Shown in pieces: positions 17,667-25,142 of a stretch of DNA of 34,604 nt (the first letter of the stretch is position 1; each line of letters starts with the position of its first letter). Under the pieces are notes generated by a model that made no database searches, had not been told where the DNA came from, and was given only the letters and a program-made list of their open reading frames with translations. The stretch lies in assembly GCA_051878815.1 (NCBI GenBank), contig JBJEKV010000231.1, forward strand, positions 1 through 34,604, read 5' to 3'. The position numbers and the translations under genes are program-made. The stretch comes from Anaerotardibacter sp. GTDB taxonomy: Bacteria > Actinomycetota > Coriobacteriia > Coriobacteriales > Eggerthellaceae.

Positions 17667-18785
17667 ATGAGCGTTGAATCTTTGCCAAAAACCATTGTGT
17701 TAAATAGTGAAGGTACAGCGGCAACCATAGTCAATCAGGCAAAACTCCCACAAAAGCTTGAATTTGTGGAGATAACCACCTGGCAGAAGATGGTGGAGTC
17801 TATAAAGACGCTTGAAGTTCGAGGAGCTCCTGCAATTGGTATAGCGGGAGGATTTGCGCTTGTTCTTGCGCTTCGCAATCAGCTTGACGCGTGCGCAAAG
17901 AGTTCGCTTGATGCATGTTTGTCCTTCATGGAGCAGGTGGCAGAGCAAGTAGTACAGGCGCGTCCAACGGCTGTCAATCTTGCCTGGGCGCTAGAGCAGG
18001 TGCTTGACGAAGCGCGCGTGTTTGTGGCTCGGGCAGGGGAAGAGGTTTCAGGCCCGGACGTGGCGCTTAGCTCAGCTGAGACACCAGCTTCAACAGAATC
18101 AGCAACCTCAATGAAGGCGTCAATTTCTGCACTTATTGACGTGGTTCAGGCAAAGGCCGAGGCAATTCGGAACGAAGACGAAGCATCCTGCAGGAAGATA
18201 GGAGCATATGGCGCCAAGCTCTTGCCAAATCAAGCTTCGGTACTCACTCATTGCAATGCGGGTTCACTAGCCACGGCATTTTACGGTACGGCACTTGGCG
18301 TAATTTATGCAGGCTTTGAGCAGGGAAAAATCAAGCGAGTTTACGCTGACGAGACAAGGCCGGTTGGCCAGGGTGTTCGCCTCACCGTATGGGAACTTTC
18401 TCAAGCAGGCGTTCCGGTGACTCTGCAGTGTGACAACATGGCAGCATCCTTGATGGCTCAGGGAAAGATTGACGCGGTTATTGTGGGCGCAGATAGAATT
18501 TGTGCCAACGGAGATACGGCAAACAAGATTGGAACGTATGGATTGGCGGTGCTGGCAAAACACCACCATATTCCTCTGTATGTTGCGGCGCCGTTTTCGA
18601 CTATTGATGCGTCAAAGCAGGAGGGAAGCCGGATTCCTATTGAGTTCAGAAGTTCTGACGAAATTTGCGCCCACACTCCTGAAGGGGTAGAAGTATATAA
18701 CCCCGCCTTCGACGTAACTCCTGCCGAATTGATTTCGGCCATCATTACAGAAAACGGGGTATTTTATCCGCCTTACCAGTTTTAG
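17667..18785 (+). CDS. mtnA: S-methyl-5-thioribose-1-phosphate isomerase
   Basis: VRGAPAIG, RPTAVNL, LTHCNAGSLAT..YGTALG, DETRP..QG.RLT.WEL, VGADRI..NGDTANKIGTY, NPAFDVTP. Confidence 0.95.
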   Translation: MSVESLPKTIVLNSEGTAATIVNQAKLPQKLEFVEITTWQKMVESIKTLEVRGAPAIGIAGGFALVLALRNQLDACAKSSLDACLSFMEQVAEQVVQARPTAVNLAWALEQVLDEARVFVARAGEEVSGPDVALSSAETPASTESATSMKASISALIDVVQAKAEAIRNEDEASCRKIGAYGAKLLPNQASVLTHCNAGSLATAFYGTALGVIYAGFEQGKIKRVYADETRPVGQGVRLTVWELSQAGVPVTLQCDNMAASLMAQGKIDAVIVGADRICANGDTANKIGTYGLAVLAKHHHIPLYVAAPFSTIDASKQEGSRIPIEFRSSDEICAHTPEGVEVYNPAFDVTPAELISAIITENGVFYPPYQF

Positions 18786-18795
18786 GTAGTAAGAG

Positions 18796-18868
18796 TTTCC
18801 TACTCGTTTTCGGCAACTCTGAGTAAAGGCTACGCAAAATTTCCTACTTGTTTTCGGCGATACTGAGT
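18796..18868. repeat. 29-bp imperfect direct repeat with a 44-bp period
   Basis: TTTCCTACTCGTTTTCGGCAACTCTGAGT (18796) and TTTCCTACTTGTTTTCGGCGATACTGAGT (18840). Confidence 0.85.
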
Positions 18869-18875
18869 TGAGAGT

Positions 18876-18910
18876 ACAAAAAAGGAGCCTTTGAGAAAGA
18901 CTCCTTTTGT
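18876..18910. terminator. Bidirectional terminator between convergent mtnA and the LRV-repeat gene
   Basis: AAAAAAGGAG-C-CTTT-GAG-AAAG-A-CTCCTTTT hairpin with an A-tract on the left and a T-tract on the right. Confidence 0.8.
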
Positions 18911-18944
18911 TGTGTTTGGTGTTGTGCCGCTTGAGCTCTTCGCC

Positions 18945-19664
18945 TTAAATTCCTGCTACCTTGCGAACAAGATCGTGAGGGAATGCAGGGTTTTCCAATA
19001 CGGCAAACTGTACCTGGTCAAAAATGTCAGCGAGCAACACAACCAAGGTTTCTGCAGGGGTGTTAGGATTGCCTGCTACTTCTTCGCGAACAAATTCGTT
19101 CTCATCTTTAGAAAGCTGAACAAGAATTTCAGGAGCAGTGCTGCTGTTCCCTGCAACCATGCGCCTAATGATGTGGTTTTCGTTGGTAGACAACTTAGCA
19201 AGGGTTTCTGGAGCGGTGCCGCTGTTGCGAGCCACAATGTCGCCTAAGCTCTTGAAATCATTTTCTGCGAAATCAGCCAAAATTTCTTTTGGAGTAGAAG
19301 GATTTTCTGCAACCATGCGTTTGGTGAAGGTTCCTTCAGAAAGGGTCTTAAGTGCCTCGGCAGGAGCGCTTGGGTTAGAAGCAACACCACGGCGAATGCC
19401 TACATTGGAATCCTCGGCAAGCGCAATCAAAACATCCTCAGGAGTGTTTGGGTTCTCGGCAACCGCAACACGGGTGTTGTTGAAGGTATCTTCGGCAAGC
19501 TCGCGCAAAGTTTCAGGAGTAGTGCCAGGGTTTGCCGCAACACGAGCGCGGGTTACGGGATTTTCGCTCTTTGCAGCGTAAGCTAGAACTTCAGCGGGAG
19601 TGTCTGAGCGAGTAGTTAAAAAGCGAAGCGCGGTTTCTTTATCTAATTCTGGGATGGTTGACAT
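18945..19664 (-). CDS. Leucine-rich-repeat-variant (LRV)/HEAT-like repeat protein
   Basis: About 8 repeats of roughly 24 aa, consensus R..VA.NP.TP.E.L..LA.D. AGAGGA RBS and TACAAT -10-like box upstream. Confidence 0.8.
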   Translation of the reverse strand: MSTIPELDKETALRFLTTRSDTPAEVLAYAAKSENPVTRARVAANPGTTPETLRELAEDTFNNTRVAVAENPNTPEDVLIALAEDSNVGIRRGVASNPSAPAEALKTLSEGTFTKRMVAENPSTPKEILADFAENDFKSLGDIVARNSGTAPETLAKLSTNENHIIRRMVAGNSSTAPEILVQLSKDENEFVREEVAGNPNTPAETLVVLLADIFDQVQFAVLENPAFPHDLVRKVAGI

Positions 19665-19734
19665 GGTTAATCCTCTGTTTCTGTTCGTAATCGCACGGCG
19701 TACGGTCTATTTTGCAAAGAGTATTGTAGTACGT

Positions 19735-19785
19735 AATAAAGCTTGCGCAAAAACGTCAAATAATTGACAGATTACGCAAGCTTTT
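19735..19785 (-). terminator. Long hairpin downstream of the DUF2130 gene (candidate terminator of addB-addA-DUF2130)
   Basis: Minus strand AAAGCTTGCGTAATCTGTCAA-TTAT-TTGACGTTTTTGCGCAAGCTTT followed by ATT. Confidence 0.55.
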
Positions 19786-19894
19786 CGGTTCTTGGTTGAG
19801 CGCTTTTTGGCCTCAGCAGGCTATTAGTTTTTTACGAAGCTTCGTCTGGCAAGACACGCCCTCTTAGTTTTCCAGGCTGACGGCTGTTTTCGTG

Positions 19895-21292
19895 CTATTC
19901 ATCGTTGTTTTTGAGAGCCTCAAACTTTTCACGCATGGTTGGATTGTTGCGGGTTAGGCGCTTAATAGTGAGATCCTGTGCTTTATTGTTCGCAAGACGC
20001 AAATTATTCTCAGAGGAAATGAGCGCATCCTTTGTCTTTTGGAGATGGACGATAGTCTTGTCAATCTCATCAATAGCCGTCTGGAATTTGCGCGATGCCA
20101 AATCATAGTTACGACCAAACTTGGCTTTGAAATCTTCCATCTGCTCTTCGAAATGAGTGATATCAATATTTTGCTGGCGAACTAACGCGAGTTCCTGCTT
20201 GTACTTCAAAGAGTTTTTAGCAGCGTTTCTTAAAATAGAGATAAGCGGAATGAAGAACTGTGGTCTGATTACGTACATTTTCTGGTAGCGGTGAGAAACA
20301 TCAACGATGCCCTGGTTGTAAACCTCATTGTCTGACTCAAGCATGGAAACAAGTACGGCATATTCGCACTTCTTTTTTGTACGATCGGAGTCGAGTTTCT
20401 TGAAAAAGTCTTCGTTCTTGTGTTTGGTAGCAGTCTCATCCTGCTCGTTTTTCATTTCGAACATAATGGAGAGAATCTCGTTACCGTCTTCATCACATTC
20501 GCGGAAAATATAGTCACCCTTTGAGCCTTCTACTACGTCATTGTCCTTTTCAAAATAAGCGTTAGGGAAAGCTGCCGAACGAATCTGATTGAAGGCAATT
20601 TCGCAATGCTGCTCCAAGGTTTCACCAACCATCTTTGTGGAAAGACGCGCTTTCATGTCGCGATAGTATTCAATCTCTTTGTCTTTGAGTGCGCAAAGAG
20701 CCTCTTTTTGACGAGCTTCTTCGTCAAGCTTTGACTTGAACATCACTTCCTGCTGCTTCATCTCAGCATCTTTGAGAACAATTTGTGTTTTGAATTGGTC
20801 GCGTTCTTTCTCAACCTCGCTAATTGCTTCAGAAACGGCCAACTTGAGGCGCGTTTCTGCGTTCTGGGCTTCAGTTTTCAATTGAGCCTGAAGAGCCTCT
20901 TCGTTTGAGCGGCTGGTTTGCTTAAGAAGTTCAAGCTGAGAAGTGAGCTGAGCAATCTGGGCGTCCTTTTCAGTAACGGCCTGCTTGTATTCGTTTGCGG
21001 TCTGGTTTTTCGCCAGTTCAACGTTTTGAGAGGATACCTGATTAGCGGTATCGAGCTTTGTTTGGAGCTCGGAAACAACAAGCTTGAGTGCGGTGAGATC
21101 CTGTTCGTGTTCTCTGAGCAGGCGTTCTTTCTCGAGCGAGAACTCGTTTTGTTTCTGTGCAGCAAGCTGGCGTTCTCTGTTTTCAAGTTCCTTCTTGAAC
21201 TCGATGTCACGTACTTGGTTGACAATGTCGGCATAGCCAGATTCATCAATAGTGATAACTGCGCCACAATTTGGGCATTTAATTTCATTCAT
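19895..21292 (-). CDS. DUF2130-family protein (CxxC N-terminus, long coiled coil, RmuC-like putative nuclease fold)
   Basis: MNEIKCPNCG..I.IDE..YADIV.QVRD.EF, long Glu/Lys/Gln coiled coil, STKMVGETLEQHCE, KGDYIFRE, IMFEMKNE, KMYVIRPQFF, LTRNNPTM. Confidence 0.85.
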   Translation of the reverse strand: MNEIKCPNCGAVITIDESGYADIVNQVRDIEFKKELENRERQLAAQKQNEFSLEKERLLREHEQDLTALKLVVSELQTKLDTANQVSSQNVELAKNQTANEYKQAVTEKDAQIAQLTSQLELLKQTSRSNEEALQAQLKTEAQNAETRLKLAVSEAISEVEKERDQFKTQIVLKDAEMKQQEVMFKSKLDEEARQKEALCALKDKEIEYYRDMKARLSTKMVGETLEQHCEIAFNQIRSAAFPNAYFEKDNDVVEGSKGDYIFRECDEDGNEILSIMFEMKNEQDETATKHKNEDFFKKLDSDRTKKKCEYAVLVSMLESDNEVYNQGIVDVSHRYQKMYVIRPQFFIPLISILRNAAKNSLKYKQELALVRQQNIDITHFEEQMEDFKAKFGRNYDLASRKFQTAIDEIDKTIVHLQKTKDALISSENNLRLANNKAQDLTIKRLTRNNPTMREKFEALKNNDE

Positions 21293-24200
21293 GAGGTAAT
21301 AACCCTTTCAAATATGAGGTGATAATCCGCTCTTTCAAGGACAAAAGGTCTGATTGATCGAAGGTAAAGTTAATTTCATTTTGCTGCTCTACTCTTACGA
21401 AATGAGCTTCCACTGAACTGAAGCCTTGCGTGAGGAGGGCATACGCATAGCAAGAGGCTTGAAGACCGTGCTTTTGCGTGAGCTGCTCAGCGGTTTCCTC
21501 CAGATAGCCTCCTGTTTTGTAGTCAATCAGGTAGGCTTTGCCGTTCTCTTCGTTGAAGGCAAGGCCGTCAATTTCTCCTTCGAGGTAGATGCGCTCAGGA
21601 AGGAGTGCTTTTTCCTCAAGCATGGCTGCAAGTGCGGGCGCTGTTTCTTTGATTTCTTCCTGACTGAAAGACACCATAAAAGGAACTTCTGCCGCGCGCA
21701 TGCGGTGTTGGGCGAAAGCCTGCGCAATGTCTGAGCTAAACCACCAGGTAAGAGCAGTATCCAGGCGAAGGCGCTGATCAGGCGTGAGTTCCCATTGCTT
21801 AGCCTGAGCCTCAACTATCGAAGGACCTGGCAAAATAAGGTTCTTTGCCTCAGTTTGGGCGGCAATTTCAATAGCGTATTGAGCAACGCGATGGAACGCA
21901 GAGCCTAAAAGAACTGCGGTATTGGTTTGGTTGAGCAAAAGTTCTTCGTCAATAAATGGCTCTTCATTGTCAAAGTCGTAGAAGTTTGACGCGAACTGCT
22001 CGTTTTGCTCGTGCGTTTCGGCATAGATTTTCGAACCGTGGCCTCCTGCTTCAAATGAAGCCTGGCCCCACGCAGATGCTCTCAGTTCGTCAGCGTTGTC
22101 CGCGCCGGCTACACCATTTGTGCCGTGCTCAGCAGGCCCTTCCATTCCATAATTAGCTTCCACCTCTTCGTCATGCTCTTCTGAAGAAATAGACGAGTAT
22201 GAGAACACGCCATCTCGTTCAGGATGGAAGCTAAAGGTTTGTGTATAAAGCGTGCTTGTAGCAGGCTTAATTTCATAATCAGGAACAGCAAAGCATTTTT
22301 GCTCGAACGCGAGCTCAGGTTCTGCTAAGTGCTCAAGAATGACCGAAAGTGTTAGGTCTGCCTGGTAAGGACCAAACGATACTACCTGTTTTGGTGCGGT
22401 TTCTGAAGGAATCCAGGTAAGGCCACAAAACAGCTCAAAAATGAGAGGTTTTGTTGTGTAATCAAAGTCCCTGTTTCCCTGGTAAGACAGGGCAATGCAG
22501 AGCGATTCAACTGCACGCGTGAGCGCTACATAAAACAGCCTCTGTGTCTCCTTTGCTTCTTGCGTTTTTACATAGGCAGACAGGGCTCGTTTCTGCTCAG
22601 CAGCATTTTGGGCTTCAGGAACAGAAACGGGATCCTCTTCAGAAGTCCATGTTTGCAGCTTGGCAACTGCGGAGTGGTCCATTCCTTTTGGTTTTGAAGC
22701 AAAGTTGATATAGGAAGATCCTTCAATGTTCTCAACTAAGAGCGAAGAGAGGCGTTTGTTTGAGCCTCCAATTTCTGCAACGGCAACGTGAGGGAATTGA
22801 AGGCCCTTACTTGAATGGATAGTCATGAGGCGCACGTAATTTGAATTGCTGGTAGAAAGAACGCCCGGCGTTTCTTTCAGACCTTCAACATGGCTCACAA
22901 AATCCTGAGCAAGGCTTGCAAGACCAGTTGATTCTTTGGCGATGCTCTCAACGTATTCAAGCGCCTTTAGCACGTTGCCTGCTTTTGCAAGACCGCGTGC
23001 CCCTTGTGATTGATAGCGAACAAGAACGCCACTATTTTGCAAGAGATTCTTTAATGCCGCAGCAGCAGGAAGGGTGCTGCTATCTGTAAGGTAGGCAGAA
23101 AGGCACTGTTTTGCGTGAGTTACGGCAGCTGCTTCTGTTTCTGAAAGGGAAGCGAGCCACTTCGACTGAGGAGCAGAAAAACCTCTTACCAACTTGGCAC
23201 GCATGCTTTGTGGCTCATCGGTTTCCTGGACAGAATCATTTTTGGAAGAACTTTCGGAATCCTCTCCATAATCCTTTTTTGGGGCAGAGGATACCAGCGC
23301 AAGAATGCACTTGTCAGTCAGATTGAAAAGCTCCGACTGCAACAAATTGAGTAGTGCTTTTGAGTTGTAAGGGTTTGCAGCATATGAGAGCGCATCACAC
23401 AACAAAGTAACTTCTGGAGAGTCTTTGAACAGGCTTCCTCCCGTGAAAATGCTTTCAAATCCTGCAGCGCTAAGCGCATTAGCGTAGAGCTCTGCTTTGT
23501 TCATGGAGCCAAACAAAATCACCATTTCACCAGGTGAAACATTATAAACGTCGCGTAGTTCAGTGAAATGCTCGGCAATTTTTTGAGCAGCAAGAATTGA
23601 AGAATCCTGCGAAGTACTTTTTTTGGCACGAGATTCGCATAAGTGAAGAGAAATGCGCTTCTTTTCGTCAAAAATAGAGTTTTTGACTTTGTTTACGTTT
23701 CCCTTTGGATTGAGTTTTAAGAAGGCATCGCCAAACGCAGTCTCCAAAGAAAAGATGGACTCAACCGTTGCCAGCACTTCGGCATGAGAACGGAAGTTGT
23801 CTGGAAGCGTAAGTAAGCGCGTTTCAGGGTTTTCCTTGGAAAGCTTTTTCTGGTAGTCAAAAAAGACATTTACGTCAGCGCCGCGGAAACGATAAATGCT
23901 TTGCTGTGCATCTCCTACGGTGCAAACGTTGGACTTGTCAGGCTTAGCAAGCATGCTGATGATGGCCACTTGAAGCAGATCCGTGTCCTGGAATTCGTCA
24001 ATCATGATGAGTTTGAAGTGGTCACGATAACGTGCTGAAATCTCAGGATAATCGCGAAGAGCCTGATACGTTTTGAGAAGGAGAAGATTGTTATCAAGGC
24101 GATTTGGGCCCAGAAGACCTTCGTATGTTTCCTTATACATACGGGCAAGCTCAATAAGTGCAACGGTGAAGTTATAGTCACAGCCTGCCTCTGCCTCTTC

Positions 24201-25142
24201 AAAAAGCGTGGTCAACTCACAGCGGCAGCCGTAGAAAAAGTCTGCATAGTCCTTTGTGGTTGTGAATTTTTCCGACGTGATAGGGAAGGCGTAAACGGTT
24301 GAGGCGAAAGTGTCTGCGTCAAAGTCTTCATCTTCGAACGAGGTACCCTCAAACTCATCAAGGACTTCATAGGCAGACTGAAGCGCAGCCATAATTGCGT
24401 AGTAGTTTCGTGCCACAAGTTTTTTGGATTTCGCTTCCTCGTTTTCGTCCATGACACTTACCATCTGCTCACCCAACATAATGAGCTGCTTCAAAATCTC
24501 ACTTGGAGTAGAGGTAGGAGCGAAAAACGTTAAGCTCTCAAATCCAGACGGATTCGTATTAATGCGGCTCATCAGGCTGTTTATCATTGTAGAGAGCGAA
24601 GAGCTATCAAAGCCTCCCGCAGAATACAGGTTATGCGTGCGAATAAGTTTGTTGAGACGCACAAGTGAAGGGTTGTTCTGCACGTAAGAAACGCACTGCT
24701 CAAGCGCCTGGTATTTAAGTGCATCTTCTTCGGCACCCTGAACCACACTAAACGAAGGGTCAAGGCCAATTACGAAAGCGTTCTCTTTCAGGACGCGCGA
24801 GCACATGCCATGAATGGTAGAAACCCAGGCATCATCAACCTTGAGGGCCTCTTCAGTAAGACCCATATCAAGAAGCTTTGCTTTGAAGCGAGATTTCAAT
24901 TCGGCCGCCGCTTTTGTGGTAAACGTGATGGCCATAATCTCGTCGATGCTGTTGAGGTAAGGCTTGCCCGTATCTTCCTGAGGACAGAAGGCATACGCAA
25001 TACGCTGCGTGAGGGTAAAGGTTTTGCCTGATCCCGCACCAGCGGAAACCATCAAAGGCTTATCCAGTGTTTTTACAATGGCTTCCTGATAAGGAGAGCA
25101 GCCATCAAGAATAGTGCGAGCATCAATCATGGTTGGTTCCAT
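21285..25142 (-). CDS. addA: AddA-like ATP-dependent helicase/nuclease (UvrD/RecB-type SF1A motor plus C-terminal PD-(D/E)XK nuclease)
   Basis: AGAGSGKT, ITFT.KAA.EL, STIHG, IDEFQDT, VGD.QQSIYRFRGA, NFRS, MTIHSSKGLQF, RLFYVALTRA. Nuclease EGEID..LIDYKTG..Q..CY. True start may be ATG 25130. Confidence 0.85.
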   Translation of the reverse strand: MEPTMIDARTILDGCSPYQEAIVKTLDKPLMVSAGAGSGKTFTLTQRIAYAFCPQEDTGKPYLNSIDEIMAITFTTKAAAELKSRFKAKLLDMGLTEEALKVDDAWVSTIHGMCSRVLKENAFVIGLDPSFSVVQGAEEDALKYQALEQCVSYVQNNPSLVRLNKLIRTHNLYSAGGFDSSSLSTMINSLMSRINTNPSGFESLTFFAPTSTPSEILKQLIMLGEQMVSVMDENEEAKSKKLVARNYYAIMAALQSAYEVLDEFEGTSFEDEDFDADTFASTVYAFPITSEKFTTTKDYADFFYGCRCELTTLFEEAEAGCDYNFTVALIELARMYKETYEGLLGPNRLDNNLLLLKTYQALRDYPEISARYRDHFKLIMIDEFQDTDLLQVAIISMLAKPDKSNVCTVGDAQQSIYRFRGADVNVFFDYQKKLSKENPETRLLTLPDNFRSHAEVLATVESIFSLETAFGDAFLKLNPKGNVNKVKNSIFDEKKRISLHLCESRAKKSTSQDSSILAAQKIAEHFTELRDVYNVSPGEMVILFGSMNKAELYANALSAAGFESIFTGGSLFKDSPEVTLLCDALSYAANPYNSKALLNLLQSELFNLTDKCILALVSSAPKKDYGEDSESSSKNDSVQETDEPQSMRAKLVRGFSAPQSKWLASLSETEAAAVTHAKQCLSAYLTDSSTLPAAAALKNLLQNSGVLVRYQSQGARGLAKAGNVLKALEYVESIAKESTGLASLAQDFVSHVEGLKETPGVLSTSNSNYVRLMTIHSSKGLQFPHVAVAEIGGSNKRLSSLLVENIEGSSYINFASKPKGMDHSAVAKLQTWTSEEDPVSVPEAQNAAEQKRALSAYVKTQEAKETQRLFYVALTRAVESLCIALSYQGNRDFDYTTKPLIFELFCGLTWIPSETAPKQVVSFGPYQADLTLSVILEHLAEPELAFEQKCFAVPDYEIKPATSTLYTQTFSFHPERDGVFSYSSISSEEHDEEVEANYGMEGPAEHGTNGVAGADNADELRASAWGQASFEAGGHGSKIYAETHEQNEQFASNFYDFDNEEPFIDEELLLNQTNTAVLLGSAFHRVAQYAIEIAAQTEAKNLILPGPSIVEAQAKQWELTPDQRLRLDTALTWWFSSDIAQAFAQHRMRAAEVPFMVSFSQEEIKETAPALAAMLEEKALLPERIYLEGEIDGLAFNEENGKAYLIDYKTGGYLEETAEQLTQKHGLQASCYAYALLTQGFSSVEAHFVRVEQQNEINFTFDQSDLLSLKERIITSYLKGLLPHE

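Noticed and set aside
18796-18868. 29-bp repeats (and the 36-bp repeats at 6051) as a mini-CRISPR array
   Set aside because: Only two imperfect copies with a 15-bp gap, no spacer-sized unique sequences, and no cas genes.
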